From the NCBI GenBank assembly GCA_964234715.1, contig OZ174279.1: a DNA stretch of 64,000 nt; one strand, written 5' to 3'. Source of the stretch: Podarcis melisellensis (Eukaryota). Positions within the stretch are counted from its first letter, which is position 1, and every line of letters starts with the position of its first letter. A program made the translations under genes and the position numbers. Under the pieces are notes generated by a model. The model was not told where the DNA came from. It worked only from the letters and a program-made list of their open reading frames with translations, and ran no database searches. Shown here piece after piece: positions 1 through 20,700 of this stretch.

Positions 1-470
1 CCCCCTCTCTTCGGCGGGCTTTGGGACCCGGCTCCCTCTCCGGGCTGCTTATGGCGCCACCCTCTTGTACATTTGAACTTGGCGCGCGCGCGCTGCCCCT
101 GACCTTCCTTTTGACCGTTTCCTCGCTCTCTGATGCAGGCGTGGCTAACCCTGACTCCTGTCCTTCCGCTGACGGAGAGCTGCCTGCTCCCGATGCCTGG
201 GGCTCCTCCCCCCTACTGCTCTCCGGTGGGGAAGCTGGTCCCGATTTCCAGCTGCTGCTCTCTGAGCCCTCTCTGGCCCCTCCCTCCTGGGATGTTCCCC
301 TTGGCAACCCCCTTGCTCTGATTACGGGAGCCCCTTTCTGTGAATCCTCTGATTCGCTGGAGAGACTTAGAGACCTCGGACGGCTATCATCGCTGACTTC
401 TCCCTCGGATTCCTCTCCCTCGGTCTCTAATTCCTCCCTTCCCTGTCCCTCTGCTCCTGAACCCCTGACA
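1..470 (-). mobile_element. LTR-like element (partial, truncated by window start)
   Basis: GC-rich block ending abruptly in CCCCTGACA at 470 (TGTCAGGGG on -), the same terminus as the solo LTR at 59009. Confidence 0.55.
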
Positions 471-586
471 CATAAGAATAAGCAAGTAGCAATTACAAGA
501 CTGCCATTTCAGTTTTAGTTATGTATATTACTACTTATTGTTACTTCTGAAACCAGTTTTTAATTAATTTGTTCTTTAAAGCATAA

Positions 587-7417
<6,831 letters not shown>

Positions 7418-8399
7418 CCTCTAGAGATTTGTATTCAGGTAAGACATGTTGGCAGAGATCTAAATAATGTAGTGTACTTATATACCAATTTAAACTACAT
7501 AAACCCAAGTAATAAACTCCTGATAATTTTTTTTTAAATGCTGTGAAGCCTTCCTTAAAATAGCCTTGTCTTTTATAATCAGCGATGAAGTAGGGGAATG
7601 GTTTAGTTAACAAATTAAGTGATAACACAGATTTCCCTTTCATTTTTGCTGTTCCAGCTAGTTATCCTGTAAGAGAGAAGGGAAAAAACTGCTAGACTTT
7701 TATTGCCATCGAGTTAAATTTAGGATGCATCCAGATGGCAACTTCTCACGCTCCCAGCTGAGCATAATCCCCAAAAACGGCTTTTCCAGACAATCAGAAT
7801 ATAGAGCAGTCTACGTGTGCTTGCTTCTAATTTGTTGCATGGGATCAAGATACTTTCCATTGAGCAAGTGCTTCTGGCTCAAGGACAGATCTGCCTGTAT
7901 ACAGTGTAGTTGTGATTGTCACAGGAACTTTACTGTGCAGGTCACCATGGTTGGTGAGCTTCCTACACCCGTAACAGTAGCATCTTGTACCACCAATGCA
8001 GTTTACTAGGTTTACTTGTAGAGGAGCTGAAAGATGGTTTATTGTGAACAAGCTGTGCTGATGCAGGCTGCTTCAAAGTTCCCATGGCACCCTCCCCCCC
8101 CCCCACACACTTCTGGTGCTTGGTTAATAAGGCAAGCCAGGCTGCTTTCCTCCAAACAAGCAACAATTGTTAACCTTGGTTTGCTTTTCCCTTATTGCTC
8201 ATGGAAGAAACAAGCAATGAACCTAGGTTTGGAAGATGCAGAGTTGGGAACTTCTGAGCAGTGTGCATTATTCACACTAAACCATCATGTTAGGCTATCT
8301 TTAATGTGACATTAAAATGGGGCAACCAGATATGAAATCCATGAGAGGTTCTCTTTCCTGTTAATCAGTAATTCCAAGGAAATGCTATTTTCTGAACTA

Positions 8400-8844
8400 C
8401 CAAATTTTTCGCTCTATAGGATGCATTTTTCCCCCTTCAAAAATGAAGGGCAAATGCAGGCTTTCGCTGAAGCCTGGAGAGTGAGAGGGGTCGGTGCTCA
8501 CTGACCCCTCTCCAGGCTTCAGGCAGCTATCCGCAAGCCTTCAGAGCCCGGCGGGAGTTCCTGCCAGCCTCAAAGGCTTGCGGATAGCAGCAAGCTCCGG
8601 GAGCGAAGGCGAGGTTGCGTGCAATCTCGCCGCTGCTCCCAGACCCATTCTGGGGGCTGGGGTTGGGGGAAGCTCGGGCTTCCCCCGCCCAAGCCCCGCG
8701 GCTAAAGAAGAAGCCAAGACAGCCAGCGGGATGAATCCCGCTCGCTGTCTTGGCTTCTTTGCTCTTTGGGGCTGGGGGGGAAATATATATTTTTTTATTT
8801 CCCCCCCTAAAAACTAGGTGCGCCCTATGGAGCGAAAAATACGG
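8400..8844. mobile_element. Tc1/mariner-superfamily MITE
   Basis: TIRs CCAAATTTTTCGCTCTATAGG / CCTATGGAGCGAAAAATACGG with TA on both sides; homologous to 41270-41721. Confidence 0.85.
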
Positions 8845-9027
8845 TAATTTAATAACAGCATAAGAGCTTCACATTTAAGGGGAGAAATTTAAGCAATAGA
8901 ACCTCAGTACTTGCCTTTTGCTAGATTTTGTTCATTCAACATATGGCAGAAGTATTTAAGTGATTAATTGCTCAAAATCTTTTTTTAAAATGTATTTAAA
9001 CCTCTCTGCATTTCCTCCTGATTCTAG

Positions 9028-10690
9028 GAAATTACAAAGGCCTTAAATACAAGAGACAAAAGCTGCAGTGAAGTTGATAGAAAAGGACGATGGATTCACT
9101 CCCTCAGCTTCTTTGCGCAGTCTTGCTTTGGGAGGAGATAGGGGGTGTAACTGGAACGTGTCTAAATAAAAGACAAACCTTCGTTCAGTGGAGCAAGTCA
9201 CTGCTAAGGAACTGGCTGGCCCAGCTGAATCTCTGCTACCAGTGCAGGTGCAATCTAGTTGCTGCTTCTGCTGGCAAGAGCCAAGTCTGTGAACAGTGGA
9301 GGAAGTTATGTTTTTGAAGCTTTGGAAGAATACCCTGGAAGCATTGGAGACTGTTCCTCCTTTTGTCTTCATATTCACTACCTTTGGACAAGAGGGAAAG
9401 TAAGCACCTTATATTGTCCATTGCAAGCAGAAATCTGCCTTTTTAGAAATAAAAAATTAATTAGGCATCTTAAGGGAAAATGAAAGTTGAGGATGTTCTG
9501 TAGTGTGTTACATAACAATAATGCACTTTTTAAAAGCAGCTTCTAAACACACTTTTAGGTGGTTGTAGGCAGATAAAAAGAACATTGTAATTCATAGATT
9601 TCAGTATGGTGAATATAAAAGTTATGATTTGTCAGTGTACAGCTGTAAGTGTACCTATTTTAATAGTGATACTGATTAGGAGCAACATTTCTTCATGCAA
9701 TTTATTCTAGTTTTTGTTTTTTAAAAAAATGATTATTTATTTTAATATTCTAAGGTATGTGCCACTGTATAATGTATTTATCATGCCTTGCTTTACAGAA
9801 AATTATATGTATCTCTGTTTAGAGAAGATAAGCATTATAATGAGAAGTACATTCAGGAAACATAATCTGTATGCTCACTATTATAAAGGTGTTTTGAAAG
9901 AAATTAACAGCTTGAAGTTTTCTCTATCTGAATTGTTAACGTCAAATATATATTCACTCTTACCATAGCTGGCAGCCTTATTTAAGAAATTTAAACCTAA
10001 AGCATACTAGTGTGTTCATTTTCAGTATAAACCTTGCAATCTCTGTTTACATAAAAGTATTTGTAAAGATTTGTATATGTTTGCAAAACCATGGGCTTTT
10101 GTTGTTTTTATAAGGCTGTTAGCACCGGCTGTAACTTCCCTTCCTTTTGTTAATAATACAATTTAAGCAATTTAATACTACCCATATAAAGCATGCAAGA
10201 ACTGAAATAGTAACTGGTTTTGACTGTCTTTTGATAATGATAGTACAAATTTTAAACTGTTCAAAAACAGGCTTTGTGGAACCTACATCAACACACCTGC
10301 TGTTCACCAGGATCATATTGTGAGAGTAAATCAAGAAAAGAGCCTGTTCAGTTAACTGAAGTTCAAAGCAAAATGCTGAAAAACAATTTGAACCTGAATG
10401 GAATGCAGAGTCATAATCAGATTGGATGTTCTACAAAGCTTAATACTCATGGCTTGCAAAATGTAGCCATTCACCTCTAATCCCCACAAGGCCCCTTCAC
10501 CTCAGAGAAGCAGCCAGTAGGAAGCTAACATTAAGGAAAGCCAATTTAACTCCAAAGTTTTTAAAAATTAGCTAAGGGGGAAGGAAGGTCAGGACTTAAA
10601 TCCAGAAAAGACTATTGTTTGTTTATGTTTAGTCATAGGGCTTGGTAGAGGAATCATTTGTTATAAACAGAAAATAAATGCCTTACTGGC
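9028..10690 (+). other. PLCE1: Probable non-coding terminal (3'UTR) exon of PLCE1
   Basis: Donor CAG|GTAAGA at 7438/7439; pyrimidine-rich acceptor tttcctcctgattctag|G at 9027/9028; AU-rich downstream sequence; AATAAA at 9165 and 10673. The 3' end is uncertain. Confidence 0.5.
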
Positions 10691-10993
10691 ACAGCAAAAA
10701 ACAACAACACAGCTGTATGTACATAGTGCCCTCCAGAGGCAGGACTCTAGATTGCAATTGTGTTGATCAGTCCCCACATGCCAGGGGTGGGCAGAACAAC
10801 TAATGTGACTTCTGGGTTTCTACAGTGAGCAAGTTTCTAAACCCAGCCATCTCTATCCTCCCTCCAGGCAGGCAAAGAGGCCTGGACAGGTAACATTTGT
10901 CTCCCATCCCTGCTGTAAGCAGGTCATCCATCTCTTAGCCAAGAAAATGATGACGTTTTGATTACCACAGTAACACTCATTTACCTTCTCACA

Positions 10994-12448
10994 GAAAAAG
11001 CCAGGAGTAAGCTCCAAGTTCCTACACCCCCCCCCCCAGGAAGCTGGAAAATTCCTAATATAGAACTCTACTACATCACCAACCAAGTGCACCACATAAC
11101 CCCCTACATCCTAGAGGACAAAACGAAACAATGGCTGCACATGGCAATAGACACAATCAGAAACACCCCCACCACAGTGTGCCCATTCCCACAATGCTAA
11201 GCAGGTTCACACTTGAAGCACAGAAGGAAAAAGCAGGTAAACAGTCCAAACCCCATCCCCACTAATTCTCCTGACCTACCATGCAGCCCAAAGCTCCCAA
11301 ACAGAAACTTGGCAAGCCAAAGGCTTATACTGCCACAACAATCGCAAACCCATACCAACACAAGAAGTATAAGATAAAACTAGGGGACACCCAAATACTC
11401 TGGCTGACTCATCACCAGCAACACATCGTCTTAAATAACCCAGTAATCAAACCAGCAGCCACTAGGCCTCTGACCACCTTTGAGAAACTTCTGTTGACAA
11501 GAGAGGGACACAGCAAGGTGATGGTATACACATTATACAAAATACTATTCCAAGACCCGACAAAATCCCTCACCAAAATCAAAGACTAAGTTGCAAAATC
11601 CTACCCAATGGTCTAAACCACTCTTTATAAATGGTAGCTAACACCTCGGAAGCTGGTGCTGATACGCCAAGGAACCTCAAATAAATGCTGGAGAGATTGT
11701 ATCACTACAGGCAAATACCTCCACGTGTGATGGGAATGCCCCCAAATCCAAACCTTTTGGACATCAAGTCCCACAAGAAACCTGGAAAATAACAAAACCG
11801 GTACTAGAAGCAACTCTAGAACTGGCCCTATTAAACTTCTTCCAAGGCAACAACGCACACTCACATTACAAAGAACTCATAAGCCACTTACTCTCAGCAG
11901 CTAGGAGTGTCATAACTAGACATTGGTGGGATCTGTCAGGAGTGAACATGGACCACTGGAACCAAACTGTTTAGCTTTTCTAGTAGGGCAGTTTCCCAAT
12001 CAACAAACTGACACTAACACGGGGACAAACAAAAGAAGATGCTTTCACCTTGGTATGGCTCCCTTTTATTACATATACAGCCCAGCAAGACAACATAAAC
12101 CCCCCAATAGCATACAAATCAATATGGCTAACTTCACTGAACAACCCCTTACAACCTCACACACACAAGCAAAACTCACTGTAATCAACTGAATGCAACC
12201 AACCATGCTCTGGGCTCTGCAATCTCTCACACTGTCAAAACACACTAAGCAAAAGAACGAGATCATTCTCCCCTCTTCTCTCCCTCCCTCCAATTCATCC
12301 CCCCCCCAACCTCACAATATGTATTACAATAGTGTCTTACACTGAATGTAACTGACCTATATAAAGGACTCTTAGGAACTGAGAACAGAACCGTATGTAC
12401 CCTTGTTGTCTATGAAAATCCTTCAATAAAGACAATTTTTTTAAAAAA
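10994..12448 (+). mobile_element. 5'-truncated degenerate L1-clade LINE (ORF2 C-terminus + 3'UTR)
   Basis: Broken ORF2 motifs KKPGV.., KIPNIELYY, YKW*LTPRKL, CWRDCITTGKYLHV*WECPQIQTFW (zf-RVT-like) and AARSVITRHW; AATAAA at 12425-12430 followed by an A-tail. Confidence 0.85.
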
Positions 12449-14564
12449 GCCTCAGTAAATGGAACACAGTGCTATCATATGACTTCTACACACCAACTTG
12501 AGTTCATAGCATTTAGACAAGCTCTAAAGCCATCGCTTGCCAGAAAAACTATGCCTCTGAAAACAGCAGACAGACCTAAACAGTCAATGTGAGATGTTTA
12601 ACAGTAAGTACCATACATTTAAATTTGAAGCTACATGTTATATAAGGTCCTTTAGAGAGGTGGTGGTGGAATAAATCAAATTTAATCATAGAACTCCTTA
12701 TGGATGACTAAGAAGGGTCTCTGGCTACCTAGAGAATTTCAAAAGGTGTTGCTTTTACTTTTTATTTACTTTTGCACACATTTTGCTTCTATTAGGAACA
12801 TGATGGAAACTAGAACCAAAAATCCCATCTAGAAATGCTTGGATAGCAGTACAGCCACCAATGTAAAAATCTGCTCCCAGATGTTTAGAAAAAAACCCCA
12901 AGAATTATATGTACATCATATTTTTGTTCCCCACCATTACCTTCCACTTGTCTGTGGTACAGTGGCCATTTTTTGGGGTGTGATCAATACGGAGCAGTTG
13001 TTGTCAGTATTCCTACCTCCAGCAACAGTGAATTACTATCACAAGAGTACTGCCATCTAAACAAGGTGTCTTAATAAGTTAGTAAACATGGACTTCAATA
13101 GTTACATTCAAGCAGAGCAATCTAAACCCCTGATCTGCTGTACTGAAGGGAGTGTGGATGAAACAGAGGTGACCTACCTGCATTTCCCAAATGATGAGAC
13201 TGCACTATGTCTACTTGGATGTAAGCCCCAGAAAGTTCAATAGAGCTTGCTCTCAGGTAAGTGTGTAGTCTAGGATTGCAGGCTGACACTCAAACTGAGA
13301 CCTAAATCACCAATATAACAAATGAAGAGCCAAAAGTTGTCAAACTTCTTTCAGCTACAATACAATGCAACCATAAAACATTTGTACTGAATAGCAAAAT
13401 ATTTCCAGTTATCTGCACATTTCACCACTAGCAAATAAGGAGGGCAGAATGCTTACTTGCTCATTGCTCTTTTGCAGGTCAACAACTAGAAAGAAAATGA
13501 AGATTAGTTCATAAAGCAATACCAACCTATTAGTAGGAAGAGAGAAAGAGGATGTGCAGAACAAAATGCTTACGTACCTTATCCATCTCTCACTACTCCT
13601 TTTGATGCTTGAAATAGATGCACTGTGTTCACACTGCAGCAGGAAAATACTAACTTGGTCTGCAATTTAGGGCAAAACTACACATTACACCTAGCTGGGT
13701 GCAATTTTGATTTTTCAGTGGGAAGCAGCCTCGGGACACAAAATTTAAAGGAAGAAATGGCAATATTACAGAAAATGTTTCCCTGCTAAAAAGTTGGGTT
13801 TTTTCCATCAGCAGGAGTAGGGAGGGGGATTTGAAGCAGGAAAATAGCTGACGGAAAAGAGTTAAGCAGCCTTCCTTGTCCCACGACTTCCCCACTTAAC
13901 ATTTAGCCCACATGTCATTTAAAAAGAAAAAAAAAGCATCAGGGAAGTTGTTTATAATGTCTGGTTGGGCACTTAGGCCATGCACAGAAATTTTTGGTAG
14001 ATGCTATGATGAATCCCCATTTGCTTTTGTGATACTAGGCCCAATACAGGAAGAGTAACCTTATAACTGTACAAACTATAGTGGTGTGGGGAATCTCAAT
14101 GTAGGGGGAGAGGGGCTAAATGTTAATTGCAGTCACTATCTCATAGCCCATTTAATAGAGACATTAAATTAAAAAATAAACATAAAACGGTGGGATTGTG
14201 CTCTGTGGGAGTGGATATCCACGCACCACTGTTTTTCAATACCTGCTTATCGTTTATATCATAGGTAGGTGAGATAACAACAGAACGATTGGCCTGAAAT
14301 CTTTTTTTCTTTTAAAAAAAGGTTTATATATTGATACAATTAAAATAGTTTTCTAGAATCAATTCAAATTCATGTCATTTTAGAAAAATCATCCATTTCC
14401 AATGAAAATATTGTACAATATTATACATAAACTCAAAGCTTACAAACCATAATAACTACAGCAATAAATATTGAATCAGTGGTCCTAGGATTCCAAAGTA
14501 CAGTGCTGTTCATTAATTTCTTCTTCATTCCTGGAAATCCAGCATCCATAATAAAAAGACCCAC

Positions 14565-14570
14565 TTTATT
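14565..14570 (-). terminator. Candidate NOC3L polyadenylation signal
   Basis: AATAAA on - about 80 nt after the stop codon. Confidence 0.4.
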
Positions 14571-14649
14571 TAAATTATTTGTAGACCAGGTCAGTATTTC
14601 TTTCATGTATTTAGTTCCTTTAAATAGATCGCAATGGTTTGTAATATAC

Positions 14650-14781
14650 TTAGGAAACTGGCAATCCCTTTAAGTGTTTCGTGAAATCGAGGGCTCCTTG
14701 TGGAACTGGCCTTCCAAAATAAACCTTAAACAATTCATTCAAGTCTTCATTCAGAAATGATGCCTCTTGTGAAAATTTACC
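14650..14781 (-). CDS. NOC3L: NOC3L exon 21 (stop)
   Basis: [15 protein letters not shown]...PVS*. Confidence 0.93.
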   Translation of the reverse strand, partial: GKFSQEASFLNEDLNELFKVYFGRPVPQGALDFTKHLKGLPVS

Positions 14782-17700
14782 CTGAAATGAACAAGTGTTA
14801 CAGTTTTACGAAGTAAAATAAAAATGTTGCATTATCAATCATTGTGTGTGATTTAAGAGGAGAATGGTGCAAGGCGGTACCTTTTTCCTGGGTGCCACTG
14901 ACGCAACACGAGGATTAAAAGTCATTCCTTTCATACTGTAGGCCTCAAAAAGTTCTGTAGGCAACCTATGATGGATACAGGTTTCATTTTAATATACTAT
15001 TTGCAAAAAAATATATTGTGTCCTAAAGCAAGACTGGGGAAAAACCAAAGACCCTAAATTTTAGTATTTGTATTGGAGAGTTGAACAGCCCTGCAAAGCA
15101 CCTTTAAAATATGTCAAAAATTGAGGCAAACAAAGAAATGAACACAAAAAACCACTGAACAGAATAATGGAGCAAGACTGAAGTCTTCTGCATGCAGACA
15201 TTTCCCTCCTTTCCTATCGTCGATACTGGAATCCAGGATTATTGTATAAAATGTTTGACAGTGAACATTACACAGCTACGTTTTAAAAAAATCTGCTCCT
15301 TTATTTCACGTTCAAGCTAATATTAAACAGTAGTAATGTACTTTCCACTCATAAAAAGAACTCAGTAACTGGATCCATCTACCATGACAATTAGCCATGG
15401 TAGCTAAGTACTGCTTCCAGGTTCAGGGGCAACTGGCCACTGAATGCCAGTTGCTGGGGTAAGAGCTATTGTGCACACCCCGTGAGCACCTGACTGAGCA
15501 CAGAGAGAAAAAGGTAATAGATCTTGTCCCATCTTTGTCAGAGGGAAAAGCAGATCCCTCCAGGGAGAAGGATTGCAGCTTCCACTCCTCAGCTGGGGAG
15601 CAAAGATTTCAATCCTGCTGCATGCTCACCCCACGGCTCAACTCTGGCAAGACCTATCAGCCATGACCTCATCATCATGAGCTCAGACAACTGATGGGTA
15701 GCTGGCGCTTCCCACTGTCAAAGCTGGCCCACAGGGTGTGAGGTGGAGATAAAGATCTGGCCCACCAGGTCAAAAATTTCCCCATCCCTGTATACATACG
15801 TAAGCTGCTGAGTCTCTGGTTCTATATCAGAAAAGACTGCAGGGTTTTCTTTGCTAAACTTCATTCATATAATTTATGAATTGCTTCCCGTGAAGCATTC
15901 CAAAGCAATATAACGATAAAAACCATTTCAGGTTCTATACGGATACAGACCAATACAAAACTATTCACTTAGAAAGTTTGTGGGAAAAGGAAGGTCTTCA
16001 GCAGGCATCAAAAAGATAATAGACAGTGCCTGTGTGACACATTATGGGAGGGAGCTCTAAGGAGGAGGTACCACCACACTGAAAGCCTGGCTCCTAAATT
16101 GTGCTTTTGAATCTATGCACACTTTTTTCCAAAGCAAACACATTTCTCTCACCTCCGACTAAATTCATGCCCAAGAGATTCTGATCCTTCTGCTGGGGCA
16201 CCAGCCACAAGGTGAGCTGCAAATTTCTGAACGACTGGGTGATAATGTCTCTGGGGGTTAGGGAGAGAGCATTGATGAGAAATTGGGAATGTAAATTTTT
16301 CTATATTAATGTAATGCATTTGACTATTTGAACAAAAGGTTATCATCAAAATTGTATTCTCTCAGCTTTAGGAACAAAAGCTCGATTGGTTAAACATCCC
16401 ATGAGATGCAAGACAATTATGACAGGGTAATCTTAAACCTTTTCCAAGAAGAGAGTTAAAGCACCTAGCAGTGAAGATCAATTAAGTGGAGAAGATGGGA
16501 AGATGCTGGGTGGTTCGCATGCATCACTGCTCATTACTTTCTCAGTAAATAAGATGAGGTAGGAAGAAGAAAAGTGCAAAGCAGAATGATGGAGCTAATC
16601 AGCCTAATTAAAAGAGTGAAAAGGGTTACTGAAGTTCAAAATCATATTTGCCGCTGAAGAAAACTGATTAATTGCAATATAAAAATGTTGTAAATAGAAT
16701 TGGAATACTCAAGAACATTCATTCCTGCAAATTCTGACTTTAAAAAAATGTATTCTGAACAGAAAAAGAGCTTCTTAGTTACTAGTGTAGAATAAGGCAA
16801 CAAGACATTAGCTTCTGTGACACTCACCCGCAGAGTATGCAGTTCCCACAGTGCTGTGTTCTGAGCATTACAATACTCTGGTTCATCCAGCTCAGGAAGG
16901 TAAAGTCCACTCCCTTGAGATTCATTGTCTAGGAGAAGGTCTGTCTTTGGGAAAGTCTTCAATACCATCCAAGAAAAGAAAAAGGAAAAAGAAAAGAGTC
17001 CCACGTGAAATGGAATAATAATTACAAAGTTGTTACCATGTTTGCCTCAGAAAACAAAATTGTATCTCCCCGAAAAGATAACTACTGATGTAAGAAACTT
17101 AAGATATCTGAATATGTACATGGCATGATGGATCATGTTGAACGTCTCTGCTTTAATTTAAAACAAAATGAACCAACTCTGGAGAACTCACGTCTGCTGT
17201 TATAATTTTCAAAACATGTTAAGAATATTTCACATGTGGACCATTTTGTTCATTGTGTTGGAAGGGGCATTTTATTTGTAGCCTACCTCAGGGTAGGCCG
17301 CAAGAAGAAGAAAAACCTACAAAAGTCAAATACAATTGCTGCCTTCTCACCTAATGCTAAAACCACAGTTTAGCATTAAATGGACGAGACTCCACCAGTC
17401 GAATCAAATGCAACTGGGAGCAGGACTTCTGCCAAACTGCGTATCAGTTTCAAACAAGTATTACATATGTGCTAGAGACCCTGGTTTAAAGCAATGGTTA
17501 GGTTTAAAAAAGCCTGTTTCAAATAGCCCATTGTTTGAATTTGGCTTCTTAAGAAAACTAGCCACTGTTTGTTTTAAACCAGGGTTGTATGAAATGCAAA
17601 GTCAAGATTCTTTGAGAGCTAGGGAAGGGGCACAAGCCCAATGCTTCATTCTTGCTCAGCCACATGGGGGTAAATCATGATTTAGTGCAATATGTAAGAA

Positions 17701-20700
17701 ATTCCAATTAACAACCAAACTATGTCATTTTAAGATCAGAATCCAAAGACCTTTTTCAAACTGCAGCAACTAAAATACCTGCATCTTAGTGGAAAAGCAA
17801 TAATCAGTCTCACCACCCAAGTTCTTGAAATACTGCCATCAGCATACTGAACCAGCCAGTCATCAAGCTTACAGCCCCTGGAGCTATCCTTTATACAAAA
17901 TATCTATAACAGACACCCTCAGACTGTTATAGGCCAACTCCAGTGAAAAGGTGACCCTGATTCTCTGAGTGACAGCTTGGGCCCAGTGGGCATTTCCCCT
18001 CTAAAAACTAAATCCAATGCACTGAAAGAGCAAAGATGTTGATGTCCATAGCAGAAAGAATAACTGAAGAAACAACAAGGCAGGAAAGCTGGAGAATTAG
18101 GGTTGCCATATTTCAAAAAGTAAATACCAGGAAGACCACAACATTGTTGAGGTTTTTTAAAGGAAACCACTGAAATTGTTGAGATTGGTGTTTTGTTTTG
18201 TGGAAAACCCAAAAGTTGTTGGGCTTTTTTTTTTTTAAAACAAAAACTTGGCCTGGCACAGCTAAAAGTTAAATGGAACCCTCTATGCTGGTGTGTCTCT
18301 GCACACGCGTGTGTAGATTTGTGAAGGCATGACATGTTTTAAATATGATGTAAGAGTTTCAACAGAATGAGTTTGAAACATCCAACAATTTTAGATCCCA
18401 GTAGTTAAAGGGTCTCATTAGCTATGTTTCTAAGAACTTACATGCATTAATGTTCTGTTGGTTGCCAAGATACCAATGCAGGAGTCTGGAAGGAGATGGA
18501 GGGCTACTGTGGAGAGGCGCTTTATGAAAGCAAGAGCTCTCTGCTGGGACACCTGCTTCCTACGTTTGGTGAGCATCACATCCAGGCACTGCAGCACTAT
18601 CGCCACATCTTCATTTGTAGCACCTTAAAACAACACGTGTGGTTCAAAACCCATTTGAATGCAGGAACACATATCCAAAAGAACGCCAGAAAGATTGAAG
18701 GCACCCGCTATTTCCCGATTCTATTTTTAATTTATTCAAGAAAGATTCACCAATTAAGAATTACACCAGCTATTTAGCAAAGAAAGAAACACTGCTGAAC
18801 GCTGCTGAAACCCACTGATGGGTTATTTCTGTAGAGAAAATACCAAGTCATACAATTTCACTCTATCTACCATAGAAGTATATAAAAGACAGTACTTGAG
18901 CTTTGTTATCATGAAACCATTGAAATAAGGAGTTACCTGCATGTAGTTTAAGTAGTATCTTGTAAAGGTGTGTGTAGAACTTCAAAGGGTCAATGTTAAG
19001 GACATCACCTATCCAAAATAATCCCAGTTAGGTAGGTTTGTTGCTGTAACCGTAAAACAACTTACTTCCTCAAATGGCGAGACGTTCAAAGGGAATACTT
19101 CAGAGCAGTGTTTTTCAAACCTGGGTCTCCAGCTGTTGTTGGACTATAAGTCCCATCATCCCTGATCACTGGTCCTGCTAGCTAGGGATGATGGGAGTTG
19201 TAGTCCAACAACAGCTGGAGACCCAAGTTTGAAAAACACTGCTCTGGGGTTTAGTTTCCTCTGGAGCTAAGTGCATGCTGGAGACTGGTTGAACCTGTGC
19301 AATATATTCCTTTAGTTACAAATATACAAGCAAAGTCAACTGGAAGAATTCAGATTCCTTAAAACAAACAGGCAACATTGATCCTGGTTCAGAGCCAAAA
19401 CAAAAAGTGTCTTCTCGCTGTCTCTCTAGTCCTTCCTCAAAGTCTATCACATTTCCTTGGATGGAACTTTTTGTTAAATCTTTGACCACTCAAGCCCATC
19501 AGAGAAACCTAGCAATGGTCCCATTCAGGCTAATCACAAAAGAAATGCAATATGAAAATTAAACTGTACCTTGACCAGACAAAATGTGGAAAGCAGAAAG
19601 AATACAGTGCAGACTCTCTCTGTGGCTTAACACCTGAAAATAAAGGAAATGCATCAGAAAGATATAGACCAAAAGTCTTATATATCTTTAGACAAAGGAT
19701 AAACTTACCCCTGAGACCATAAGAGAATGTAGAACAAGCAAAAGGTCATCAAAAAATTCCAAATTTATGAGGTGGGCGAACCTAAAAAGGAGTTAGATTT
19801 GTGAATTTACAGAAGATTTGTCTGTCAAACTCAAAGCATGCCATTGCAATTATAGTTTGTTTTATAGTGCAACTATCTTAAGCAACATTCTTAAGTAGTC
19901 TTCTCTTTTGCAGTATGTTCATTAATCACACACTACTTGTAATCCAAAAAAAAAAAAACCAGCATTCCTCCATCTGCCAGCTATCATTTTGAAAACAAAA
20001 CAGGATGCTATACAAGCAACGCATGAAACAGATGAAATACATACCAAACTTTTTAGCAATGTTATTTTAGAACTGCATTGAATTTCAATTGCTTTTATTC
20101 TTCCAACTTTCTTCTACCCTGATTTTTATTTAATTTTTCTGAGTAATTTTAAGCGAAGTGTTTAAACAAATTTAAGCACTGGGTTGCATTTAACTAAGTT
20201 CTACCCAGGCCCACTGAAATTAGTGGACATGATTAATTTAGCTCCATTAATTGCAATGAGCCTACTCCAGTAAAACCTTTTCAATGAAAGTTTTTATGTT
20301 GATATAATGTGCCTTGTTAGGAACTTTTATAAAGAATGGTCACTCAAAAATTGCTTTGAAATTCTTACTTTGCAAGGCCTTCCAACACAGCAGGCAAAAG
20401 GGGAGACTTCTGTGCTTTTTTCAGTATTCGGAAGTAAGTTAAAAATACAATATTCAAGGTTTCTGTGTGCTGTAGAGAAAAGACACCCACAAATGAACAC
20501 ATATGGAACATTCAGAGTTCACCGTATTTAAGTTCTGTTCACATTTGCCTGGATTTGAAAGCCATTAATCAAAAACCACTTTAAATTTCCTAGGATTACT
20601 TAATTGCTAGCAAGATCAGTTCCTAATTACTGGTTTACATCATTATGAGTCATAGCAGGGAAAGCTATGGATAGACACCGCTATTGTAATACATAATGCC

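Noticed and set aside
21-518. 165-aa S/P/L-rich ORF
   Set aside because: Low-complexity antisense reading of an LTR-like repeat inside a PLCE1 intron; TTG start and no recognisable domain
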